From Dehalococcoidia bacterium (GTDB lineage Bacteria; Chloroflexota; Dehalococcoidia; UBA2979): 64,000 nt of DNA. Positions 31,001 to 39,200 of this stretch are shown piece by piece. Numbering within the stretch: the stretch's first letter is position 1; each line of letters begins with the position of its first letter. Under the pieces are notes generated by a model. That model worked only from the letters and a program-made list of their open reading frames with translations, had not been told where the DNA came from and did not search any database. The position numbers and the translations under genes are program-made. Location: positions 672,001 through 736,000 of the forward strand of contig OZ244720.1 in the NCBI GenBank assembly GCA_965219085.1. Reading direction: 5' to 3'.

Positions 31001-32181
31001 TGTGGGTGCTCGATGGCGGCAAGGACAGCGTCTTCGCCTACGACCTCGGGAGCGGCGAGCTGGTGGCGGAGTACGCCCTCGACGACGCCAACGGCGACCC
31101 TCACGGGATCTGGTCGGACGGGGTGACGATCTGGGTCTCGGACCACGGCGCGAAGCGGCTCTTCGCCTACCGCCTCGAGGATGGGGAGCTCGTGCGCAAC
31201 AGCGAGGAGGAGTTCACGGAACTGAGCAAGGCGAGCAACAACAGTCCGCGGGGCATCTGGGGGAACGCCGACGTGATCTACGTGGCCGACGAGAGCGACG
31301 ACAAGGTCTACAGCTACAACATGCCCGACGCGATCGACGCGCGGCTCGCCTCGCTCACGCTCAGCGGCATCGAGATCGGGGAGTTCTCGGGGGACCGCAC
31401 GGAGTACGACGGCGTCGCCGCCGAGGGCGTGACGGAGACGACGGTCGAGGCGGAGGCGCTGCAGCGCCGCACGACCGTCCTCATCGAGCCGGCCGACGCC
31501 GGCGGCGACGACACGAACGGCCACCAGCTGGCGCTGGAGGGCATCGACGCGATCACGGTCACCGTGACCTCGGCCGACGGCAGCCGCACGCGTGTCTACC
31601 GCGTGCGCCTGGGAGACCCGGACCGGCAGGCGACGCCCGATCCCTGGACGCACTGCTTGCGCGGCGACGTCGCCGAGGGCTTCAGCCTCGTCGTCTATGA
31701 GGGTGGCAGCGTCGAGGAGCTGGTCACCTGCGCGGAGAGTCGCGATGTCGTGGCCCTCTACGCGCTGCACGGCGGCGTCTACGTCTCGTACATCCTTGGA
31801 GCGCCGGGGTTCGTGAACCAACCATTCGCCGAGCTGTTCGCCGATGGTGTCCCCCCGGTCATGCCGCTGGTCGCTGGGAGCAGCGGACCGCCATCAGCGG
31901 ACCCGAACCAAGGCGACGGCGCCCTGTTGCCGTGGCCGGAGTGCCTGCGCGGCGAGATCGCCGCGGGCTTCAGCCTCGTCATCTACGAGGGCGGTAGCGT
32001 CGATGATCTCGTGGCCTGCGCGCAGAGCCTGGCCGTCACGGCCCTCTACACGCTCGACGAGGGCGAGTTCGTCTCCTACATCCTCGGAGCGCCCGAGTTC
32101 GTGAACCGCAAGTTCAGGGAGTTGTTCCCGCACGGCGTTCCGCCCCTCACGCCGCTGGTCGCCGCAAGCGACGGGCGGTAG
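19066..32181 (+). CDS. Giant secreted protein (4371 aa): FN3, cadherin-like beta-sandwich, two GH16 glycoside hydrolase domains, SwmB-like repeats, Calx-beta array, cadherins, PKD-like domain, constant C-terminal module
   Basis: AGGAGG RBS, signal peptide. GH16 motifs twice (WSDDFDG, YGYFEA, FWMQ, catalytic EIDILE, YHVYAVEW, DWVRVY); SwmB-like LTYDEAL...VTLEL...VAVSY; Calx-beta DDDVDDDGE.VTV. Confidence 0.93.
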   Translation: MAHTARPRLAILFAALAALLALSLSGAPAQAQDGSVPGKPTGLSSEASHDSVSLTWDDPGDGSITHYQVFRRDRDVHAAGEFVTVTEHTGSAATSYTDDTVEPERRYVYRVKAVNAHGASTWSGHRRASTPAATPTPTPAPEPEPTPDPADLDPADLAPSGLEASLAENRVTLTWTAPAEDAASVTGYEVLRAQGSAALTTLAADTGNTDTTYTDSGVTGDLDGYRYQVKALRGGDASQGSNVAGVIPSAHAGAIVPLADVTLISNLVLNDGTNDLTLTPTFATDTTSYAASVGGAVSQITVTPTKSDTDASVEYLDAKDAAIADADGTATGQQVDLAVGTTTIKVEVTAGDAMTTETYTVVVTRAATRPAPPSGKAWVEVWSDDFDGDVLDATKWLPRRESQNLKTRTHHGNTIYYRRETDNISVADGKLVLKNTQRRLSDTSSEVLTASIYTQDTYRRKYGYFEASLRIAPTADGIHTGFWMQSLLSGSHSENGGVEGAADGGEIDILESALIRDRFYHALHWDNGGSRSRTSASRRVDVTLHDGEYHVYAVEWSAGRYRFYVDGKLTWTYTGEGVSDGDEYIILATNVSWAGGNAHTGDFPVEALVDWVRVYELQDSTSVDAQAAEPGFGTLGGSVAPSVAPPRLSAPPPVVPGTGNALSRGSRPAISSVEFAYDPDYASYDPHYAGPDDDTYPLAWTVSVEVNFDQDIDVQDLEDGGPRLELDIGGVPKQALYYSKSSRAIVFFYRIQDGDEDMDGISIGADKLALNGASIVGTTGTDAVLDHAAVPDDAGHKVDGVRPVLQAAETSTDGAAIVLTYDEALQPTMNLSKEQQRTTATPYDYTVSVDGVPRGVSDVSASGSTVTLELESAVTAGQTVAVSYREPSVHDDTRAVQNLRGTDAASFTNRTVTVADDDPQVTVGFEHSAYSVAEGASVAVSVVLSADPERTVTIPLTSTNQGGASAADFSGVPASLEFSTTAMSRTFAFAAADDDVDDDGEGVTVGFGTLPAGVNAGTPATAAVSIIDGDVPTVSVSFGSGPYSVDEGETVTVTVSLDEDPERTVVIPLTTTLAGGASAADFSVPANVTFAAGETSKTFEFDAADDDVDDDGEGVTVGFGTLPAGVNAGTPAMVAFEIGDDDVPTVSVSFVASTYSVAEGGSVTVTVSLSADPERTVVIPLTTTLGGGASAADFSVPANVTFDAGDTSQAFTFAAADDGEDDDGEGVTVGFGTLPAGVNAGTPATAAVSIIDGDVPIVSVSFGSGSYSVDEGGSVTVTVSLSADPERTVVIPLTTTLGGGASAADFSVPANVTFDAGDTSQAFTFAAADDGEDDDGEGVTVGFGTLPAGVNAGTPATAAVSIIDDDVPIVSVSFGSGSYSVDEGGSVTVTVSLSADPERTVVIPLTTTLGGGASAADFSVPANVTFAAGETSKTFEFDAADDGEDDDGEGVTVGFGTLPAGVNAGAPAMVAFEIGDDDVPIVSNRSPAFSEGSSTTRDVPENSSAGTALGTAVAASDAEGDTLTYALGGTDAASFDFSTATGQISTGSGVTYDHEAKATYTVTVTVDDGNGGAAGIDVTINVTDEPEPPNAPAAPTVSRTADANDSLDVSWTAPANDGRPALKHYDIQYREGGGAWETGPQTQTGTTAKITSLNAGTSYEVQVRAANDEGNGAWSPAGTGSTNAAPVFDDGEETTREVAENTASGADIGAAVAATDADNDTLSYSLGGTDAASFAIVSTSGQIQTKAALDYEEDDEYSVTVTVTDGSGGEASIDVTIDVTDEDEPPSKPEAPTVTGAGPSSVTATWLAPANAGKPDISDYDVQYRQQGGTAWTDWTHTSTDTSATITGLSANTSYEVQVRATNDEGTSNWSDSDSGATSTKPVVTLSLSSHSIVEGGVTTVTGTVSPASATPFTVTVSVTPVAPAVAADFTPSANANLTFAANATASTGGVTITATANTVHTEDKTLTVSGATTAAAVTAPANVTLTVADDDAPSWTVEVGSASIAEDAGSTTLTVSTGGVSFADDQTITLDLGGTATVTDDYTVSPATLTLKAGNSSAMTTITAVDDALDDEAETIVIAAMHGGAQVGASRTITITDDDAANRAPTFAEGASTTRDVAENTASGQNVGAAVAATDPDSDALTYTLGGTDAVSFDIDSASGQLQTATGTVLDYEARTSYSVTVTVTDSKGGSAAIDVTINVTDEDEPPSAPTELSGLVLNDGANDLTLTPTFATDTTSYAASVGGAVSQITVTPTKSDTDASVEYLDARDAAITDADGTATGQQVDLAVGTTTIKVKVTAGDAMTTETYTVVVTRAATRPAPPSGKAWVEVWSDDFDGDVLDATKWRPQRESQDLSTRTHHGNTIYYRGETDNVGVADGKLVLKNTQRRLSATSSEVLTARISTMDIYHRKYGYFEASVRIAPTADGIDTVFWMQGPLTHRHSENGGVEGAADGGEIDILESSFIRDGFYHALHWDYGGSRRRKSASEWVDVTLHDGEYHVYAVEWSADRYRFYIDGKLTWTYTGEGVSGGDEYIVLSTGVSWAGGNAHTGDFPVEALFDWVRVYELQDSTSVDAQAAELGFGTLGGSVAPSVAPPLSAPAPVAPPLSAPPPVAPSRLSAPPPVVPGTGNALTHESPPAISSVEFAYDPDYDGDPDFDGPDDDTYPLAWTVSVEVKFDRDIHVQDLENGGPRLELDIGGVPKQALYYSKSSRAIVFFYRIQDGDEDMDGISIGADKLDLNGASIVGTTGTDAVLGHAAVPDDAGHKVDGVRPVLQAAEISTDGATIVLTYDEALQTTINNPSNPKKRRTTATPYRYTVSVDGVPRGVSDVSASGSTVTLELESAVTAGQTVAVSYREPSVHDDRKAVQNLRGTDAASFTNRTVTVAGDDTAGVVVVPTVVSVAEGGAAGSYTVVLATQPPGTVTVTVGGAGDDVAAEPAALTFTASTWDTAQTVTVTAVDDSVAEGEETATLTHAVSGYGAVTSADSVTVSITDDDGNTPPTASASVTPDAPAELTPEMKVEVLGGNTVSLDGGGNDPDVGEVLSYAWTSDGGGTFADAAAADTTWTAPAATADEQTVTLTLTVSDSASATAEASVEVTVADNVPLTASFDTIPVMPHAGNNFAVRILFSERIRAGLTDFRNHAVEVTNGTVYDGRRVDGRRDLLELEIDPDSASADVTIVLAPSRACPQSNSICTYAGKQLSAELRGVVESTNTPVFSEGATATREVAENTAADTDIGGAVTATDVDNDTLSYSLGGTDAASFAIVSTSGQVQTKADLDHETKSSYAVTVTVTDGKGGSASIEVTINGTDEDEPPSKPEAPTVTGAGPSSVTATWLAPANAGKPDISDYDVQYREAGTTGSWSDGSHTGTDTSATITGLSANTSYDVQVRATNDEGTSDWSDSGSGATSTKPVVTLSLWSDSIAEGGVTTVRGTVSPASATQFTVTVSVTPVAPAVAADFTLSANTNLTFAANATASTGIVTITATANTVHTEDKTLTVSGATTAAAVTAPANVTLTVEDDDAPSWTVEVGSASIAEDAGFTAVTVSTGGVTFADDQTITLDLSGTATETDDYTVSPATLTLTAGNSSAMTTITAVDDALDDEAETIVIAAMHGGAQIGASRTITITDDDAANRAPTFAEGASTTRKVAENTASGEDIGAPVSATDADSDALTYTLGGTDAASFDIDPASGQLQTSAALDHETAPSHTVTVTADDDKGGTATISVTIEVTNETEPPEEPGAPDNVRALSGNAELVVTWGEPNDGGSAITEYTLQWKSGGESFSSSRQRTIAAPSRSDTIPSLTNGTEYAVRVKATNTHGDSDWSVEATGTPRSSITTGGGGGGGGGPSGPSPSELDFEWNVKRDLEALDGGHDTPTGAWSDGTVLWVLENGDGAGDAVYAYDLNTGERLEEREFELDERNRAPRGVWSGGTVIWVSDSGQDRLFGHDLETGERLPERDLELGERNGDARGIWSDGETMWVLDGGKDSVFAYDLGSGELVAEYALDDANGDPHGIWSDGVTIWVSDHGAKRLFAYRLEDGELVRNSEEEFTELSKASNNSPRGIWGNADVIYVADESDDKVYSYNMPDAIDARLASLTLSGIEIGEFSGDRTEYDGVAAEGVTETTVEAEALQRRTTVLIEPADAGGDDTNGHQLALEGIDAITVTVTSADGSRTRVYRVRLGDPDRQATPDPWTHCLRGDVAEGFSLVVYEGGSVEELVTCAESRDVVALYALHGGVYVSYILGAPGFVNQPFAELFADGVPPVMPLVAGSSGPPSADPNQGDGALLPWPECLRGEIAAGFSLVIYEGGSVDDLVACAQSLAVTALYTLDEGEFVSYILGAPEFVNRKFRELFPHGVPPLTPLVAASDGR
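19864..21815 (+). repeat. Internal ~1.95-kb duplication (beta-sandwich, GH16, Ig, SwmB-like), copy 1; copy 2 at ~25714-27725
   Basis: Colinear at offset 5850; copy 2 has an expanded 30-bp VAPPLSAP.P micro-repeat at ~26840-26935. Confidence 0.92.
21817..23514 (+). repeat. Five tandem Calx-beta coding repeats (336-bp period)
   Basis: GA(T/C)GTGCCG unit starts at 22153, 22489, 22825, 23161, 23497; first unit 339 bp. Confidence 0.9.
24115..25560 (+). repeat. Internal duplication (cadherin, FN3, two Calx-like domains), copy 1; copy 2 at ~28710-30150
   Basis: Near-identical DNA/protein (EDEPPSKPEAPTVTGAGPSSVTATW...ANRAPTFAEGASTTR); boundaries approximate. Confidence 0.85.
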
Positions 32182-33265
32182 GCCCCCTCGGAGCGCGACA
32201 CCGCTGCCACTGAGCGCGGCCGAGTTCGCTCCGCCTTCCGCGCAGAACGCTCTTGCCCGGCAAGCGGCGTGACGGCTGCACTCCGCAGCGCGCCACCGCG
32301 TCGCTGGTTCTCAGGCAGTCGCTCATTGCCTGAGAAGAGGCCACACGGCCCTCAATCCATGACATTCACGATATGTTCATAGAGCAGAGTCGTAAGTTCA
32401 CGCCCCGTGCACTGACACCGAGCCAACGAACAGGAAGAATTGCCCCGTTGAACCCGGGAGAGCGCAACACGCTCGCGCGAGGGGGGCACTGGTGCGTCCG
32501 ATGGTCGCGAAGTCGAACGGGAACGCGCGGCAGGCAAGCGCAACGGCGCTGCTGACCGCGTCCGGCGCTGCCTGCGCGCATCGCGCTACTAGAACAAACG
32601 TACCCCCCCCCCCCCCCCCCCATTTTTCCGTCGGCGGCCCGTAGCCGGGCCTCGCTCGTTCGCTTCAACCGCCTCCGCCGCAGCGCCGCACGCCCGGAGC
32701 ACACGCCCGTCCGCCGTCTCTCATCCGAACCGTCGCCGCCCCCGGCGCTCCAGTAGGGGCGCGCCCGTGCGTACCACGCCTCGTCTGCCGGCGTAGGCGC
32801 ACGCCGCCGCCCCCGTTGGACGGAGGCTTGACGACGGGGCCATGCGCAACACGCACCAGGAGGAGCAACGATGGCCCACACAGCCAGACCCAGGCTCGCC
32901 ATCCTCTTCGCCGCCCTGGCCGCCCTCTTCCTGTGCCTCACCGGCCCGCCGGCCCAGGCCCAGGGCGGCTCCGTTCCCGAGAAGCCCACGGGACTCTCCA
33001 GCGAGGCGTCCCACGACTCGGTCAGCCTGACCTGGGACGACCCCGGCGACGACAGCATCACCCACTACCAGGTCTTCCGGCGCGACCGCGACGTCCACGC
33101 CGCCGGCGAGTTCGTCACCATCACGGAGAACACGGGCTCGGCGGCAACGGGCTACACCGACGACACCGTGGAACCCGAGCGGCGCTACGTGTACCGGGTG
33201 AAGGCCGTCAACGCCCACGGCGCGAGCACTTGGTCGGGGTACCGCAGGGCCAGCACCCCGGCGGC
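30607..33265 (+). repeat. Long direct repeat copy 2 (constant C-module, spacer, constant N-terminus)
   Basis: Matches 16798-19463. Confidence 0.95.
32603..32621. repeat. C19 homopolymer upstream of the 4679-aa gene
   Basis: 19 consecutive C after AGAACAAACGTA. Confidence 0.9.
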
Positions 33266-36200
33266 GCCCGCGCCCGATCCCACTCCCACCCCGACGCCGA
33301 CCCCGGACCCCGCCGACCTGGCCCCCAGCGGCCTGACCGCCGAGCCCGCCAGAGGGCGGGGGGTGGCGTTGCGCTGGACCGCCCCCGCCGAGGACGCCGC
33401 TTCCGTGACCGGGTACGAGGTCCTGCGCGCCCAGGGCAAGGCGGAGTTGACGACCCTGGCGGACACCGACAGCACGGACACGACCTATACCGACGAGACG
33501 GCCACCGCGGCCGGGGAGACCTACGCCTACCAGGTCAAGGCGCTGCGGGGCGAGGAGAAGAGCCAGGGGTCCAACTACGCGGTGGCCGGGATCCCCGCAG
33601 TGCGCGAGCGGAACGATCCCCCGATCGCCGTGCGGCAGAGCGGCATGACGAAGGTTCTCCCCAGCTGGAGCCTGATACCCAGCGGCGTCGGCCCTGGCGA
33701 CCAGTTCCGCCTGATGTTCCTAACCACCAACAGAGACGCCAGGCCAACAGACATCGATGTCTATAACGAGTGGGTGCAGGGCCGGGCCGCTGGCGGCCAT
33801 GACGACGTCCGGTATTACGCCGAGACCTTCAAGGCGCTCGGTTGTACCGCCGCCGACGACGCCCGAGACAACACGGGCACCACCCACACCAACGACGATA
33901 AGGGCGTGCCCATCTACTGGCTGAACGGCCCCAAGGTTGCTGACGAATACGACGACCTGTACGACGGGGATTGGGACGAAGAGGCGAAGATGCGGACCCG
34001 GGGCGGCAGTGAAAGGAACAATCCCCAGTATGTTTGGACGGGCTGCAACCACAATGGTACCAAGTATTCAGGCGCCCATTTGGGTTCCACCGAACCGTTG
34101 CTTGGAAGGCCGAATACTTCGGACGGCCCTCTCTCCAGTAGCAACGTCCTGCATAAGGCGAACGATCTTAACTTGTACGCCCTTTCCGACGTGTTCGAGA
34201 CGGCCTTCCCCAGTTATGCCGTGTGGTCTGCCACCCTCACGGTGGGAACCGAAAGCGCGACGCCCGACGACTTCTACGGATTCATGGGCAGCACCGGCGA
34301 CCTCGACCCGGACAACTTTATCTATGACACGTCCACGGTCACCGTCACGGAGCTGGGGTACCGGGGCGATACGGCCTACTTCGATATCGGCAGCGGCAAG
34401 GACGCGCTGGGATCGGGCGAATTCAGCCTGTACGTGGGCGGGACCTATCTGCGGATCTCCAACCCTGCCGCGGACTCCGACGGTCGACTCACGCTGCAGG
34501 ACCACGGGCTCAGCTGGAGCGCCGGCGACACGGTTGTTGTCTTTCTGACGGAGAACCAGGAAGCGTCGGGCGAGCCCACCATCATTGGCGCCCCCCAGGT
34601 CGGCGAGAGATTGAGCGCCGACACCTCGTCCGGCATCACCGACCCCAACAATAGCCCGCCCACTGCCGACGGATTCAGCTACCAGTGGATCCTCGTGGAT
34701 GGGGGCGTCGAGACCGACGTCCCCGGCGCCACGGCCTCCATCTACTGGCCCTCGCCGGCTGACGTGGGCAAGCGCCTGAAGCTGAAGGTCAGCTTCACCG
34801 ACGATGCCGGCTTCGACGAGGAGGTCACCAGCGAGGCCACCAACCCGGTGGCGCCGGTGGCGGTGACATGGGTGTCGTCCGACTGGAGCCTGATCCCCGA
34901 CGGCCTCGGCGCGGGCGACCAGTTCCGGCTGCTGTTCGTCTCCTCGGATGACCGCAAGGCTGGCGCTTCGGACATCGACGACTACAACGACTGGATCCAA
35001 CAGCAGGTGGCCGACAACGGCCATGCCGGCATCCAGGGCTACAACGGGCTGTTCCGTGCAGTGGGCAGCACGAACGACGTGGACGCCCGGGACAACACCG
35101 GCACGCGGTTCACCGCCGGCGAGACTGGCGTGCCCATCTACTGGCTCAATGGCGCCCAGGTGGCTGACGACTACGAGGACTTCTACGACGGGGATTGGGA
35201 CGACGAGGTGGATGTGCGCGACGAGACCGGCGCGGCGCCCACCAGCATCGGCCGGGTATGGACAGGCAGCGACCACGACGGTACGGAGCAGTTCACAAAT
35301 GGCGCCAGCCGCGCCCTGGGCAACAGCGGGGGCGCCTGGGTCAGGCAGGGCAGCCTGAATTCCGCCAGCGGCGGGCCGCTGTCGCGCGACACCGCCGACA
35401 GAAACAGTAACAACGAAATGTACGGCCTGTCGGGCGTGTTCCGGGTCGCCGACGCGCCGGTGGTTCCCTTGGACTGGGGCCTGCTACCCAGCCGCCTCAG
35501 CGAGGGCGACCAGTTCCGGCTGCTGTTCCTTTCTTCGGAAACGCGCACCGCCGAGTCTACGGACATCGCCGACTACAACACCTGGGTCCAGGCTCTGGCC
35601 GGCGCGGGCCATACCGACATCCAGGGCTACAGGCCGTATTTCCGCGTCGTCGGCAGCACTGCCGACGTGGACGCCCGGGACAACACCGGCACCACCTTCA
35701 CCGACGCCGACACTGGCGTGCCCATCTACTGGCTGAACGGCAGCAAGGCAGCCGACCACTACCGGGACTTCTATAACGGCAATTGGGACCAAGAGGCGTC
35801 CATGCGGGACGAAGCGGGAACCATCGTTTTCACTTTTCACCCCTGGACGGGCAGCAAACACGACGGCACCGAGGCGTTCAGCAGTGGCGACAGCCGCGCC
35901 CTGGGCGCAGCTTCCGTGAGGCGGGGTCAGCCAAACTCGACCGTAGCGGGGAGCGGCCCCCTGTCCAGCAATTCCGACGCGTCAGCCAGCGAGGTTGGGA
36001 AATTCTACGCCCTCTCGGACGTGTTCGAGGTATTCACGAACAGCCGGCCCACGGCCGGGCCCACGATCAGCGGCTTCCCCCAGCTGGGGATGACGCTCAC
36101 CGCCGACGCCTCGACCATCGTCGACCCCGACGGCACGAGCGGCGCCAGCTTCAGCTACCAGTGGGTGCGCAGCGAGGCGGGGACCGACAGCGAGATCAGC

Positions 36201-39200
36201 GGCGCGACCGCGACCAGCTACACCCTGGTGGAAGCCGACGTGGGCACGTTGATCAAGGTGACCGTGAGCTACAGCGACGGTGAAGACATGGCCGAGACGG
36301 CGACCAGCGAGCCGCTGGGTCCGGTGGGGCGCGTGGTGATCGACTCGGCCGGCAACGTCGACGCCAGGGGCGTCTGGCTCGAGAGCGCCGCCGCAGGAGG
36401 CTTCATCATCCGCTTGAGCGATGACGAGGACGACCGGGTCTACGGCTACACCACCGGCCCCCTGACGCACAGTCCCGCCCATGGCTTCGACCTGCACGCG
36501 GACAACGGCGACGCCACAGGCATCGCCGCCGCGGACGGCGTGCTGTGGGTGGCCGACCGCGGCGATGACCAGCTCTTCGCCTACAACGTGGGCGCCAGCG
36601 GCACGTTCGGCGCGCGGCTGACGGCCAAGGAGTTCGACCTGCACGCGGACAACCAGCGGCCCGCCGGCGTCTGGACGGACGGCGAGACCCTCTACGTCGC
36701 CGACCCGGACGAAGCCAAGCTCTTCGCCTACCGCGTGGGCGCCGGCGGCACGTTCGGAGAGTCGCTGGCGGACCAGGACGTGGCGCTGCACGCGGACAAC
36801 GACGCCCCCTGGGGCGTCTGGTCGACCGGCACGGTGATCTGGGTGGCGGACCGGTCCGACGACTTCATCTACGCCTACAGCCTCAGCGCCGGCGGCGCGC
36901 GGCTCGACGCCGTCGCCCTGCGCTGGGAGTGGCCTCTCGACACGGCCGACGGCAACACCGACCCCTGGGGCATGTGGTCCGACGACGACAGGCTGTGGGT
37001 GCTTGACGATGGCCGATCGAAGCTCTTCGCGTACTACCTGCCGCTGCCCTCGGCGCCGGACCCGCCGGCTGCAGTCGCGATCAGCGGCGATGGGGTCGGC
37101 GAGCTGACCGTGGAGTGGGAGGCGCCCGGCGACGACGGCGGCAGCGCCATCAGCGGCTACACGGTGCAGTGGAAATCGGGCGCCGAGAGCTTCGATTCGT
37201 CGCGCGAAGGGACGGCCGCCGCGACGGCCCGGTCGCAGACCATCCCGAACCTGACCAACGACACCGAGTACACGCTGCGGGTGCAGGCGACCAACGCGAA
37301 CGGCGGCAGCGACTGGGCCGAGACCACGGGCACGCCGCGCGCGGCGGCGGTCTCGATCACGGGGGATACGGAGTTCGTGCGGGAAGGCACGGCGGCGGCC
37401 TTCACGCTGTCGCGCACGGGCCCGGCCGCGGCGGCGCTGACGGTGAGCGTGCTGGTGACGCAGGAGGGCAGCTTCATCGACGGCACGCTGCCGACGTCGG
37501 TGACCATCGCGGCGGGCGATGCCGAGGCGCCGCTGCGCATCGCCACCGAGGACGACGACCTGGGCGAGGACGACGGGTCGATCAAGGTGACCATCACGGG
37601 CGTCTCGTCCGCCATCGCGATCAGCCAGACGGCGGGCTCGGCCACGGTGGCGGTGCGTGATGACTCGGACCTCAAGGCGAAGGTGTCGGTGGACGTGGAG
37701 TCGCTGACCTTCGCGGAGAGCGTCGGCACGGTGACGCTGAAGTACGCCGCGCGCATGGAGCCGAACGTGTCGCCGTTCGCGTTCGCGGTGTCCGTCCTGA
37801 CCGACCGCGGCACGGCGAGGACCCTCGACGGTGACTTCGAGGGCTTTTCCGAACACGTCACGGTCGCCGCGACCGATTTCCAGATCGAGAACGGGCAGCA
37901 GGTGGCGCACAAGACGGTCGACATCACGATCAACAACAACCATGCCGGGCGCTGGGAGGGCGACGAGACGTTCGACTTCCTGGTGCAGCGCGCTCCCGGC
38001 ACTCCCGGGTCCGTCCTGGTCGTCGACGGCGACGGGAACAACGCCGTGGGCGGCGCGACCACGACGATCACGATCGCCGACAACGATGCGGCGCCGTCGC
38101 TGGATATGTCAGTCAGCCCGTCGCTCGTCGAGGAGGGCGACAGCGCGACGCTGACGGTGACGATCGCCGACGGGTCGGCGTTCGCGGCGGACCAGACCAT
38201 CGCCCTGACCTTCTCGGGGACCGCGACGCGGGACGTGGATTACACCGCCGACCTCGCTACCGCCGACGTCGATGCGCTGACCCTCGCGGCGGGCCTGACC
38301 GAGGTCGCCGCAACCGTCACCGTTCTCGACGACGCCATCGACGACGATACGGGCGAGACGATCGTGATCGAGGCCGCGCACGCCGGCACGTCGTTCTCCG
38401 AGACCTACACGCTGACGATCGGCGTCGCGTCGCTCGCCAGCGACACGGCGCTGAGCGCTCTGGTGCTGAACGACGGCACGGACGACCTGACGCTCACCCC
38501 GGCCTTCGCCAGCGGGACGACGAGCTATGCGGCCTCGGTCGGCAACGCCGTCGCGCAGATCACGGTGACGCCGGCGAAGCGCGACACGGACGCCTCGCTT
38601 GAGTATCTCGACGCGGACGACGCGACCATCAGCGACGCCGATGGCATGACCGCCGGCCAGCAGGTCGATCTGATCGAGGGCGAGAACACGATCAAGGTCA
38701 AGGTCACCGCCGAGGACGACGCTACGACCGAGACCTACACGGTCGTCGTGACCCGCGCGCAGCGCTGCGATGGAACCCAGCTGTGGTGCGAAACGATGAC
38801 TGTTGGGACCGGCGCCGGGACGATCCTTGGTTGGTCTGCATCTGGGATAGTAATTGCCGGAGGTTCCCTCGGCGGCGGCGACCAGGATTTCGACTACGGC
38901 ACGCATACGTACAGTTTCGCAATCATTTTCTTGAGCGGCACAACGTTGGGTATCGAATTCGGCGCAGGCGCGGCAGGCGACCTCGCGAGCACGAGGACCC
39001 GGGACAAACTGGTGTTCACCGTGGACGGCCAGGCGTTCGGGCTGGGGGCGGGAAACCTTGCTGCCAATGGCAGAGGCGTGAACTGGACCTCGACCGGCCT
39101 GACCTGGATGGCCGGCGGCACGGTGGATCTCGAAGTCGTCGAGGCCGCCGTGTCCACCGACGCAGCGCTCAGCGACCTGAGCCTGAGCGACGGCACGCTC

